IMG/VR virus record: IMGVR_UViG_3300042881_000982 | Length of the DNA stretch: 64,000 bases | Strand: one strand, 5' to 3' | From: an uncultured virus (IMG/VR IMGVR_UViG_3300042881_000982) | Lineage: Duplodnaviria > Heunggongvirae > Uroviricota > Caudoviricetes | In this document: positions 18,678 to 26,819 of the stretch, piece after piece | How positions within the stretch are numbered: the stretch's first letter is position 1 | Layout of the letters: every line of letters begins with the position of its first letter | The notes under the pieces: generated by a model | Database searches by the model: none | Told to the model about the DNA's origin: nothing | Seen by the model: only the letters and a program-made list of their open reading frames with translations | Made by a program: the position numbers and the translations under genes

Positions 18678-18729
18678 AATGGGGCGGGGCAATGACGCGC
18701 CCGCCTCAAAAGAAAATGGAGTAATTACA

Positions 18730-19491
18730 ATGACTAAGCAATCAATCGACCTATCGACCGCAAGCCTCACAGGTAATGAAGCCGCCGCTTTCCTTCCCCT
18801 AGCCGCGCAAACGGCAATCACTGGCAAGGCATCAATCGACGCTGGCAAGGCTAAGGGCGCAAGCGCCCTTGCCGTTATGGTAGCAGGGTTTGCATCGGAT
18901 GAAGTCGCGGAACGTAAATGGTCATTCGATATCGACGGCAAGGCGGGTGAGGTTCATACGCTTGTGCGCTGCACTGGCCTAAGCGAGTTCGGGAATGATG
19001 ACCTAGCGTGGAAGCGCAATAGTCAAGGCGCGATTAGCAAGGTCGCGCAATCGGCTTACAAGTCTGGCCTTCAACATATTTTCTTTAGCCTTCCCTCACC
19101 TATCCCCGCCGTTTGGACAATGGCCAGCAAGGCGGCTTTGATATCCCGCGCAATCCGTGAAGAAGGGATGATTGCCACGATTGACAATGGCGAATTGAAA
19201 CTATCGGGCGGCACAACGGAACGCGCCAAGGCAATGGGGGATGCCAAGTCGCTTTCCGCGCTGGCCAAGGTTGCCAATGGGGCAACGGGAAGCAATCGCG
19301 CTGCACCTAACAATGAAGCCGCAACGGATGAAGGGCGCGTTGCCACAGCGTTTGAGATAAGCCGCGATGCCGTGGCGCTTGTGAAGTTAATCGCCAAGGG
19401 CGAAACGGATGAAGGCCAAGCCGTGCTAGGTAACTTGCGCGAGATTGCCCGATTGATTGCCAGCAATCCGGATGCCTTCGCGGATGACTAA
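18730..19491 (+). CDS. First early gene, hypothetical Ala-rich protein
   Basis: ATG 18730 with GGAG RBS (MTKQSIDLST...); own promoter and terminator. Confidence 0.75.
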   Translation: MTKQSIDLSTASLTGNEAAAFLPLAAQTAITGKASIDAGKAKGASALAVMVAGFASDEVAERKWSFDIDGKAGEVHTLVRCTGLSEFGNDDLAWKRNSQGAISKVAQSAYKSGLQHIFFSLPSPIPAVWTMASKAALISRAIREEGMIATIDNGELKLSGGTTERAKAMGDAKSLSALAKVANGATGSNRAAPNNEAATDEGRVATAFEISRDAVALVKLIAKGETDEGQAVLGNLREIARLIASNPDAFADD

Positions 19492-19512
19492 AGCCTAAGC
19501 CGATAGGCGCAA

Positions 19513-19544
19513 GGGGGCTGGCCGAGAGGCTGGCCCCTTTTTTT
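19513..19544 (+). terminator. Rho-independent terminator
   Basis: GGGGCUGGCC-GAGA-GGCUGGCCCC followed by a U7 tract. Confidence 0.85.
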
Positions 19545-19669
19545 GTCCGCGCCCCGCGTGGGCGGCGTCATATTATGATAGTAGATAGAGCGAGCGGGCG
19601 AACGAGCGAGCGCGTGGCCAACCGCTATGCACACGTGCATAGCGTCCAAAATATGCGCCCGTCAAGCAC

Positions 19670-19990
19670 TTTTCTTTTGTAAGGTTTTTGTCTTTTGTAA
19701 GGTTCTAATGTAAGGTTTTTTTTTCATTACAAAGCAGGACTAAGCTGGGTTTTTGCCCTAATGTAAGAATGTAAGGTTTTTTTTCGGGTTATAATCAAAC
19801 TCCCAAACTTCTTGGGCGGCCTCGCCGATTCCTTACGACATTGTCAGACTTTGGGATTCTATATATATATGATTTTTTTTTCTTACATTATTACAATACC
19901 CCAAAAAACCTTCCAAAACCCGCAGGAAAGCTGGACTTTCATTTGTAAGAAAGTGCGTAAGAAAGCACTTTTCCAAACCTTACTTTACTA
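19670..19990. repeat. AT-rich non-coding region with TGTAAG/CTTAC iteron-like repeats (putative replication origin)
   Basis: TGTAAG at 19678, 19696, 19709, 19762, 19770, 19944; CTTAC at 19832, 19882, 19979; central (TA)n and T runs. Confidence 0.55.
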
Positions 19991-20038
19991 CAAAGCGCAG
20001 AAATCCGTGGTTTATGGGTCAAAAGGCCCACTTTTTAC

Positions 20039-20052
20039 CTTACCCGAGTAAG
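20039..20052. promoter_or_regulatory. Palindromic CTTACCCGAGTAAG site, copy 2
   Basis: Exact match 20 bp upstream of the -35 at 20073. Confidence 0.8.
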
Positions 20053-20072
20053 CTACCCGCGAGCGCAAGGAC

Positions 20073-20101
20073 TTGACATTGTATGATTACACTGCTATAC
20101 G
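20073..20101 (+). promoter_or_regulatory. Early sigma70-like promoter
   Basis: TTGACA-N17-TATACG, with GCTATAC at the -10. Confidence 0.7.
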
Positions 20102-20155
20102 AAAGGAGTCGGGGCGAGAGAGGCACGACACACAACGGCTAGCCTGACCGGCTAC

Positions 20156-20181
20156 CTTACCCGAGTAAGCAAGGAGCAAAC
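20156..20181 (+). promoter_or_regulatory. Palindromic site copy 3 fused to extended RBS AAGGAGCAAAC
   Basis: CTTACCCGAGTAAG-C-AAGGAGCAAAC-AAC-ATG. Confidence 0.8.
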
Positions 20182-20184
20182 AAC

Positions 20185-20532
20185 ATGAGCAAGACACCAC
20201 GCATCAATGGCCGCACCTGCCGACCATACGTCCAAGACCGTAAGGCGTTCACCAATTCAAACGGCCAGCTTTACGCTGTGCGGCACACGCCGCTTCTATA
20301 TGTCGTTTACTCATACGGGGAGCACTGGCCACTGTTCGTCCATGATGGCTTCGACTGGTATGAGAACGAAGATAGGTGCAGTCCAACCACGAGCCGCCAC
20401 AGAAGCTACGCCAACCCATATAAGGACACCGACAAGCGGTCAGTCCATTGGCTCAAGGCGTTCATCGCCAACCACAAGGGCCACTACCGCGCAATGGACG
20501 ATGTGCAATCCACATTGGGGCTGGCCGCCTGA
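20185..20532 (+). CDS. Early hypothetical protein
   Basis: 115 aa with strong RBS; YVVYSYGEHWPLF, SPTTSRH. Confidence 0.75.
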   Translation: MSKTPRINGRTCRPYVQDRKAFTNSNGQLYAVRHTPLLYVVYSYGEHWPLFVHDGFDWYENEDRCSPTTSRHRSYANPYKDTDKRSVHWLKAFIANHKGHYRAMDDVQSTLGLAA

Positions 20533-20543
20533 GGGCGGCCTAG

Positions 20544-20557
20544 CTTACCCGAGTAAG
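20544..20557. promoter_or_regulatory. Palindromic CTTACCCGAGTAAG site, copy 4
   Basis: Exact match directly before the AAGGAG RBS of 20572. Confidence 0.8.
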
Positions 20558-20571
20558 CAAGGAGAGACGAG

Positions 20572-20679
20572 ATGGTCGAGAGATGTGAGTGCTGTGGCGA
20601 AGGCAAAGACGCCATGGCCGAGACCGAAACAGCATGGCAGTGCAACGACTGCGAACAATGGAACGAGGGAGATGAATAA
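20572..20679 (+). CDS. 35-aa zinc-ribbon-like peptide
   Basis: MVERCECCGEGKDAMAETETAWQCNDCEQWNEGDE*; AAGGAG RBS; TAATG overlap with the next gene. Confidence 0.6.
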   Translation: MVERCECCGEGKDAMAETETAWQCNDCEQWNEGDE

Positions 20680-21101
20680 TGGGATACCGTTCAGACGTTA
20701 AGATTGTGTTCTATCTAACCAATGGGACAAGCGACAGCATCGACGAGTTCAACGCCAAACAAGGCACGACCACCCTCCCGTTCGCCGCGCTCAAGCTGTG
20801 GTTCGACGAGAATTACCCCGTCATGGTAGCCAAGGATGAATGGGGCGTCGAGATTGACTACGGGGATAACTACATCATGGCCAGCTATACCGATGTGAAA
20901 TGGTATCCGAGCTACGAGCATCCTACGGAAGTCGAGAAGGTTTTTGCGAATTTCAGCGACACATTCCGTAGCGACGAGCGTGACCATCGCGCACAGTATG
21001 AGTTCGTGCGTGTCGGTGAGCAAGACGACGACATTGAGGCAGACCGTAGCAGTTACGCCGACCATCGACTGGCCGTCGAGCGCAGCATCATATTTGAGTG
21101 A
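20679..21101 (+). CDS. Early hypothetical protein
   Basis: 140 aa, MGYRSDV...VKWYP.Y...EFVRVGE. Confidence 0.75.
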   Translation: MGYRSDVKIVFYLTNGTSDSIDEFNAKQGTTTLPFAALKLWFDENYPVMVAKDEWGVEIDYGDNYIMASYTDVKWYPSYEHPTEVEKVFANFSDTFRSDERDHRAQYEFVRVGEQDDDIEADRSSYADHRLAVERSIIFE

Positions 21102-21110
21102 GGGAGAAGA

Positions 21111-21368
21111 TTGATGACCCTTACGGCTACCATAACAAAATGCAGCTACGACCCGCGCACGTTCAAGGCACTACCTATCAAGTATGAGACCATTGAGGCC
21201 GAGAACAGAGACAAGCTATTCGCCTTGTTCTTCCGCGAGTATGCCAACCGATACAAATATTGCAACGACACCCACTATGAGTTCACAGATGCCAACATGC
21301 TGGACGGATACCACGAGTGGTTCAGTGATGTGAACAACTACGCCGACAATGGCGGCGATATGTGGTGA
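21111..21368 (+). CDS. Early hypothetical protein
   Basis: 85 aa, GGAG RBS. Confidence 0.65.
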   Translation: MMTLTATITKCSYDPRTFKALPIKYETIEAENRDKLFALFFREYANRYKYCNDTHYEFTDANMLDGYHEWFSDVNNYADNGGDMW

Positions 21369-21371
21369 TAC

Positions 21372-21385
21372 CTTACCCGAGTAAG
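21372..21385. promoter_or_regulatory. Palindromic CTTACCCGAGTAAG site, copy 5
   Basis: Exact match, intergenic. Confidence 0.8.
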
Positions 21386-21411
21386 CAAGACACAAAAGAA
21401 GGAGAAGACCA

Positions 21412-21651
21412 ATGACGAATGACCTAACTACCAAAATGCGCGCAGCAACCCTGCTGCGTAGGCACGATCAATTACGCAAAGAGTTACGCGCCACAGAGCA
21501 AGAGCTATCCAAGGCAGTCACTGCCTATGGGCGGGAGACCGGACACTGGGGACTGACCAAAGACCACTTCCGCATCCAACTGGACAACGAGGAGCGCATC
21601 CGTCTGGAGCAAGCAGCCGAGCGTGACGCATGGGAGAAAGCCAATGCTTAA
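21412..21651 (+). CDS. Early hypothetical coiled-coil protein
   Basis: 79 aa, AAGGAG RBS. Confidence 0.65.
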   Translation: MTNDLTTKMRAATLLRRHDQLRKELRATEQELSKAVTAYGRETGHWGLTKDHFRIQLDNEERIRLEQAAERDAWEKANA

Positions 21652-21742
21652 TACTATCATCCACGTCGCAGCCGAAATCTTTTTCATCAGCGTGGGCATC
21701 TTCGCCATCTGGGCAATCCACAAAACCATCAAGGGAGCATAA
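21644..21742 (+). CDS. 32-aa membrane peptide
   Basis: MLNTIIHVAAEIFFISVGIFAIWAIHKTIKGA*; GGAG RBS. Confidence 0.5.
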   Translation: MLNTIIHVAAEIFFISVGIFAIWAIHKTIKGA

Positions 21743-21744
21743 CC

Positions 21745-21900
21745 ATGAAAGACCGCAACTACTACCGCGCCATGACGCACAACGAGCTACGCGAACAAGC
21801 CAAGTATGGCGTCGATGTGGATTGGAAGGAGCTTGCTATAGCTTTGACCGAGCGGCTCGACACCATACGCCGTGAGGTATACGACGAGGTGGAAGGTTGA
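21745..21900 (+). CDS. 51-aa hypothetical protein
   Basis: MKDRNYYRAMTHNELREQAKYG...VEG*; GGGAG RBS. Confidence 0.55.
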   Translation: MKDRNYYRAMTHNELREQAKYGVDVDWKELAIALTERLDTIRREVYDEVEG

Positions 21901-21925
21901 CATTGTATAGCTACTACGCTATACA
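21897..21925 (+). promoter_or_regulatory. Early sigma70-like promoter
   Basis: TTGACATTGTAT..., 17-nt spacer, (GC)TATACA. Confidence 0.7.
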
Positions 21926-21972
21926 GTAAGGGCGGGGCAGAGCAACGAGCCACCCCGTCACCCACCACCTAC

Positions 21973-21986
21973 CTTACCCAAGTAAG
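21973..21986. promoter_or_regulatory. Palindromic site copy 6 (CTTACCCAAGTAAG)
   Basis: One change in the spacer, arms intact. Confidence 0.75.
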
Positions 21987-22012
21987 CAAACACCATCATC
22001 GGGAGCAAAACG

Positions 22013-23200
22013 ATGACGATAACTGCCGAGCGCAAGCTCAAGAAAGCCAAAATCGACGTCATGCGTTCGACACTTCCGAGCCTTCGGTTGTGGTCGGGTA
22101 TCATGGCAATCGGCAAGACGAGCATCTGTGACACTACACCAACTGCATATACCAACGGACGCGACGAGGTCTATGGCCGCGACTTCGTGGAGATGTTGCC
22201 TGTGGCACAGCTTAGCTTCGTCTGTCTGCACGAGGCGATGCACAAGGGACTTCGACATCTGACCGTATGGCGCAAGTTGTTCGAGGAAGACGCCTCGCTC
22301 GCCAATCAGGCTTGTGACTACGTTGTTAACCGTATGATTGTGGCGGCTGACCCCGCCGAGAGCGTGGTTCAGTTCCCGCGCAACCCAGACGGTAGCAGGA
22401 TGGGCCTATATGATAAGAAGTATGACGGCATGTCGGCGCGACAAGTCTTCGACCTGTTGAAGAAAGACCCGCCATCCGATAGCCAAGGCTTCGACGAGCA
22501 TGGCTGGGGTGACGCGCAGGAGCTACCGAAGGAGGAGCAAGACGCGCTACAGAAGGAGATTGAACACGCCATGCGTCGAGGTGAGGCCGAGGCCAAGCGT
22601 TGCGGGGCTGGCAAGGGCGACATCCCTGCCGAGATAGGTGAGCTACTACGTCCGCAGATCAACTGGAAGGACGCGCTGCGCGAGTTCATCACACAGAATT
22701 GCACCGTCAAGGACGATACGACCTATCGACGCCTCAACCGTAGGTTCCATGCACTAGACTTAATCATGCCCACCACCTACGGTGAGAGCCTTGGACATAT
22801 CGTGGCAGGTCCAGACCTGTCCGGCTCGATGTGGATGGGTGACCCGTCCGACATGAAGAAAGTCCTGTCCGAGTTCGTTGGTGTCGTGAACCAAGTAAAC
22901 CCAGAGCACGTTGACCTGCTTTACTGGGACGGCGAGGTGACGGGCCACGAGGAATACAAGCGTGGCGACTACGAGGGTATCGCTAACGCTATGCGACCCA
23001 AGGGTGGCGGTGGCACTGACCCGCGCTGCGTCCAACGATACCTTAAAGAGAACAACATCAAACCTGACTGCATCATTATGTTCACGGACGGGCACGTCTT
23101 TGACCAATGGGGCGACAACTGGCCAGCACCCATCCTGTGGGTGATATGTGGCAACCCAAGCGTAACAAGTAAGACGGGCAAGACCGTCCACGTTCAATAA
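22013..23200 (+). CDS. DUF2201-like putative metallopeptidase + VWA-domain protein
   Basis: TAYTNG, LHEAMH (HExxH), NQACDYVVN; MIDAS-like DLSGSM, GGGGTD, FTDG. Confidence 0.8.
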   Translation: MTITAERKLKKAKIDVMRSTLPSLRLWSGIMAIGKTSICDTTPTAYTNGRDEVYGRDFVEMLPVAQLSFVCLHEAMHKGLRHLTVWRKLFEEDASLANQACDYVVNRMIVAADPAESVVQFPRNPDGSRMGLYDKKYDGMSARQVFDLLKKDPPSDSQGFDEHGWGDAQELPKEEQDALQKEIEHAMRRGEAEAKRCGAGKGDIPAEIGELLRPQINWKDALREFITQNCTVKDDTTYRRLNRRFHALDLIMPTTYGESLGHIVAGPDLSGSMWMGDPSDMKKVLSEFVGVVNQVNPEHVDLLYWDGEVTGHEEYKRGDYEGIANAMRPKGGGGTDPRCVQRYLKENNIKPDCIIMFTDGHVFDQWGDNWPAPILWVICGNPSVTSKTGKTVHVQ

Positions 23201-23216
23201 CAAAGGAGCAAATACC

Positions 23217-24293
23217 ATGAGCAACATCGACTTTACCAATCGCGTTTCACTGCAAGAAGCAGCCGAGCTTATCGCTGCCATCGGCACAACCAACACCATC
23301 CTACTCAAGGGCGAGAAGGGCATCGGCAAGTCTTCGATCATGAAGCTACTGCCCGACCTGCTTGGCTCCGGCTATGAGTATGCCTACTTCGACATGGGCA
23401 ACAAGTCCGAGGGCGACACTGCCATCCCGTTCCCCGACAAGGAGCGCAAGGTTATGGAGTTCTTCATCAACACGGCGCTCAAGCTGCACACGGGTAAGCC
23501 TGTTGTCATTATGCTTGACGAGTTCGGCAAAGCGCCGCGCTCCATCCAGAACATGATGCACACCTTGCTTGAGGTGAACAACAAGCGCATCCAAGACACC
23601 ATGCTGCCAGAGGGTAGTATCGTATTCCTAACCACCAACCTGTCTGAAGAAGGGCTTGGCGATACGCTGCTTGACCATAGCATCGACCGTCTGACTGTGG
23701 TCGAGGTCCGCAAGGCCAACGCCAGCGAGTGGCTGCCGTGGGCTGCCGAGAACAACATCCACCCTGCGCTCATGGCGTGGGTTAACCAAACACCTACAGT
23801 GTTATCCTCATTCAGAGACGACGACTTCGACACCGACAACCCCTACGTCTACAACCCTAAGCGAGTGCAGGGTAAGTTCATCACGCCGCGCTCCCTTGAG
23901 CTTGGCTCCAACGTCATGTGGGGCCGTGACCGGATCAGCACTAACGCGCTTACCTGTGCGCTAGTAGGCACAGTAGGGAGCGCAGGGGCTAACGACATTG
24001 CATCCTTCCTTGCGTATCAGGATGAGATACCTACCCGCGAGAGCATCATCGCTACGCCCGAGTCGGCTACGATACCTACGTCTACTGGCGCAGTCGTAAC
24101 ACTGTTGTTCAACCTTGAACGTGCGGTGGACGGTGAGACCATCGCACCCATCATGAAATATGTCCGTCGCCTCGAAGAAGAATACCAAGCCGTGTTCTGC
24201 ACGTCGCTGGCACGGTCCAAGTCCAAGCAGAAGATAGCGTTCACCAACAAAGCGTTCACTGACTGGGCGCGTGACAACCAAGACATCCTCTAA
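23217..24293 (+). CDS. MoxR-like AAA+ ATPase
   Basis: GEKGIGKS (Walker A), IMLDE (Walker B), TTN, DR, TPRS. Confidence 0.8.
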   Translation: MSNIDFTNRVSLQEAAELIAAIGTTNTILLKGEKGIGKSSIMKLLPDLLGSGYEYAYFDMGNKSEGDTAIPFPDKERKVMEFFINTALKLHTGKPVVIMLDEFGKAPRSIQNMMHTLLEVNNKRIQDTMLPEGSIVFLTTNLSEEGLGDTLLDHSIDRLTVVEVRKANASEWLPWAAENNIHPALMAWVNQTPTVLSSFRDDDFDTDNPYVYNPKRVQGKFITPRSLELGSNVMWGRDRISTNALTCALVGTVGSAGANDIASFLAYQDEIPTRESIIATPESATIPTSTGAVVTLLFNLERAVDGETIAPIMKYVRRLEEEYQAVFCTSLARSKSKQKIAFTNKAFTDWARDNQDIL

Positions 24294-24304
24294 GGAGCAA
24301 ACCA

Positions 24305-25156
24305 ATGACCATCTCAAATGCAGCAATGCTGACCGAGCTTAACATCTCCGTATGGACAGCCAACAAAATCGACAAGGACGCAAGTCGCAAGGTGGCTGAC
24401 GATAACCGTGCGTCTGCTGACGCTGGGCAGTTCCGCAAGAACCTTATGGCAGGGAGCCATCTACGTAAGGAGATTGCTGACTACGCTGCTGGCTGCCGCC
24501 TGTGGCACAACACCCGCACCATGCCTTGGGCTGATCGAGGGCCGAGGCTTCTACCTACGTCGCTATTCTTTGACTACAAGACCGAGGCCAATGCGCGTCA
24601 AGCCTACTTCGACAACAAGGTGAGCGAGTTCCTTATTGCTTACCCGAGTCTGGTGCACACCGCACACAACTACCTTGGCGACCTGTTCGACCCAATGGAC
24701 TACCCCGACACTGACGAGGTGCGTTCCAAGTTCGGGTTCCGTCTTGTGTTCTCACCTGTGCCTGATGCAGGCGACTTCCGTCTAGACCTACCAAAGCAGG
24801 AGCTAGACGCGATGCGGATGCAGTATGAAACCCATGCCAATGAGCGTGTCGAGGCTGCCATGCGTGAGCAATGGAGCAAGCTGCACGACATGGTATCACG
24901 CATGTCAGACAAGCTGGTCGAGCCAGAGGATGAGGACAAGCGCCGCTGGCACGATACGTTCATCACCAACGCACAAGAGATGTGCAGTATGTTGACCCAC
25001 CTGAACGTGACCCGTGACCCTACTCTAGAAGAGGCAAGGCGTGGACTTGAGCGTGCCATTGCCAACGTGGACATCGACGAGATCAAAGAGAGCATCGACG
25101 TGCGCGAAGATGTGAAGGGAAAGTTAGATGCCATCCTCAAACAATACGAGTGGTGA
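24305..25156 (+). CDS. DUF3150-like protein
   Basis: ISVWTA.K.D, TMPWADRGPRLLP, LGDLFDP.DYP, DFR, LNVT.DP; follows the AAA ATPase. Confidence 0.55.
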   Translation: MTISNAAMLTELNISVWTANKIDKDASRKVADDNRASADAGQFRKNLMAGSHLRKEIADYAAGCRLWHNTRTMPWADRGPRLLPTSLFFDYKTEANARQAYFDNKVSEFLIAYPSLVHTAHNYLGDLFDPMDYPDTDEVRSKFGFRLVFSPVPDAGDFRLDLPKQELDAMRMQYETHANERVEAAMREQWSKLHDMVSRMSDKLVEPEDEDKRRWHDTFITNAQEMCSMLTHLNVTRDPTLEEARRGLERAIANVDIDEIKESIDVREDVKGKLDAILKQYEW

Positions 25157-25328
25157 ACACCAGATATATGAGGTGGAGGCATGGGGTTACGGGGAGACAA
25201 AATACTTCTCCGTGTATTGGACGCATGGCGGCAACGGCTTGAAGTATGTGTTCCCCAACATCATAGCTCGTGACGAGCTAGAGGCATACACCATCGGACT
25301 ACAGAAATTAGCAGAAGGAGCAGACTAA
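25128..25328 (+). CDS. Hypothetical protein
   Basis: 66 aa ORF filling the gap; start uncertain. Confidence 0.45.
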   Translation: MPSSNNTSGEHQIYEVEAWGYGETKYFSVYWTHGGNGLKYVFPNIIARDELEAYTIGLQKLAEGAD

Positions 25329-26203
25329 TGTTTATCGACGACATCAAGAACCGTTACACCTACCTCAATAGCATGAAGAACCTTGTGCATGAGGAGGCGC
25401 TTGAGCGGCCCGAATACCCAGATCGGGTGATTACTCTACACACCGCGCTCCCCCCAGTGCTAGATAGACTGATGAAGGAGCGTCCGACATGGCGCTACAA
25501 GTCTAAGCAATCGTTCGGGCCTTATGGTAGCAACCCAAGAGTAAGTGAGCTTGTTATCTTTGATAATGACGAGGAGCTTGGGAAGCTGTGGATTGAGACG
25601 CACTGGCGCGACGAGACCATCCGTTACTTCTTCGACAACTTCCGGCTCACACAGATGAGCCAACGCCACATGAAGACCTTCTCTACCAAGCCAGACGTTG
25701 CGGCCAAGCGTATCGTCAAGGCGTTCCACCTCAAGACACCCAAGGAACGCGCTGCTGATGCACACAAGGAGACGCACTCCGTAATCAACGGTATAGCCTC
25801 CGAGACATCATGGCCCTTCCGTCGTGCCAAGGGACGGATTGAGGACCGGCTGTTCGAGTATGCGGCACGTAACTGGGGCGACATCAAGCAATACCTTAAT
25901 GCTGATGATATGGACTTCCCCGCGCTGGCCGAAGCTAATCAGGAGGCTATTATGCTGATGGGCTTCTATAACGACAACAACGGCGTCACTGTGCGTATCG
26001 AGTCCAACGGCGCTTACCTTGTCTCGCGTAGGGCTAACGATGGCTTTGATGCGGTGACCTACACAGACGCATCGCTGACCGACCACCTGCGCGGTGCGCT
26101 GGGCCTACTCAAGCTGATGGACGTCAAGGGCTACATTGACGGTGTAGGCGTCCGCGTCAACACCAACCTCTACTTCGTTATGGACAAGAAAGCAGAGGGA
26201 TAA
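25328..26203 (+). CDS. Hypothetical protein
   Basis: 291 aa, GAAGGAGCAGAC RBS. Confidence 0.75.
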   Translation: MFIDDIKNRYTYLNSMKNLVHEEALERPEYPDRVITLHTALPPVLDRLMKERPTWRYKSKQSFGPYGSNPRVSELVIFDNDEELGKLWIETHWRDETIRYFFDNFRLTQMSQRHMKTFSTKPDVAAKRIVKAFHLKTPKERAADAHKETHSVINGIASETSWPFRRAKGRIEDRLFEYAARNWGDIKQYLNADDMDFPALAEANQEAIMLMGFYNDNNGVTVRIESNGAYLVSRRANDGFDAVTYTDASLTDHLRGALGLLKLMDVKGYIDGVGVRVNTNLYFVMDKKAEG

Positions 26204-26221
26204 CACGGCGTAATTATTTAC

Positions 26222-26274
26222 CTTACCCGAGTAAGCAAACACCTATTGACAATGTATGGCAGCGGTGCGATTAC
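26222..26274 (+). promoter_or_regulatory. Palindromic site copy 7 plus promoter of the replication operon
   Basis: CTTACCCGAGTAAG 26222-26235; TTGACAATGTAT at 26246; weak -10. Confidence 0.65.
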
Positions 26275-26295
26275 CGCAAACAAGGAGCAAACAAC

Positions 26296-26616
26296 ATGGC
26301 ATCTACACCTGAGAAAAGGGTGAAGGAGAAGGTCGTTCGCGTTCTCAAAGAAGAGAGCGTCTATTACTTTTTCCCTGCAACCCACGGCTACGGACGCAGC
26401 GGCGTCCCCGACATCATCATCTGCGTGAACGGACTATTCCTTGCTGTCGAGTGCAAGGCTGGGACGAACAAACCTACCGCACTACAAGTCAGCGAGATCG
26501 AAGCTATCCGGCGCAACAATGGCGTGGCCGTGGTGGTGAACGAAGAGAACTGGGACATGGTGCGCGAACTTATCCGCAAGCTCAAGGCTGCTACTATCAT
26601 AGGAGACACACAATGA
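26296..26616 (+). CDS. VRR-NUC domain nuclease
   Basis: PEKRVK, GVPDII, AVECKA, PTALQ, G..VVVNE. Confidence 0.85.
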   Translation: MASTPEKRVKEKVVRVLKEESVYYFFPATHGYGRSGVPDIIICVNGLFLAVECKAGTNKPTALQVSEIEAIRRNNGVAVVVNEENWDMVRELIRKLKAATIIGDTQ

Positions 26617-26819
26617 ACGATACAAAACCACGCTGGACGGTAACGCTGACCTATCACCACGGAGATGGGCCACGCAGCACCACAATTAACGTCGAGGAAC
26701 TTTTCGAACTTCAAGACATAGTGGAGTGCGGACCTAGCTTCTACACCATCGAGAGCATTGAGATCAAACCAAGTGACCGTTGCCCCAAGATGACCGTGGA
26801 AGAGGCGATGGGCCAGTGA
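26613..26819 (+). CDS. Hypothetical protein
   Basis: Start ATG 26613 (MNDTKPRW...) with AGGAG RBS; 4-nt start/stop overlaps at both ends. Confidence 0.6.
   Translation: MNDTKPRWTVTLTYHHGDGPRSTTINVEELFELQDIVECGPSFYTIESIEIKPSDRCPKMTVEEAMGQ

Noticed and set aside
18271..18729. N-terminal extensions of the 17668-18513 and 18490-19491 ORFs
   Set aside because: They cross promoters, G/C tracts and the operator. Better starts lie at 18270 (downstream of the late promoter) and 18730 (with RBS).
18587..26235. CTTACCCGAGTAAG repeats as a CRISPR or mini-array together with the Cas4-like gene
   Set aside because: The repeats are only 14-16 bp and irregularly spaced (117 bp to >4 kb) with genes between them. 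No other cas genes are present, and solo Cas4-like nucleases are common in phages.
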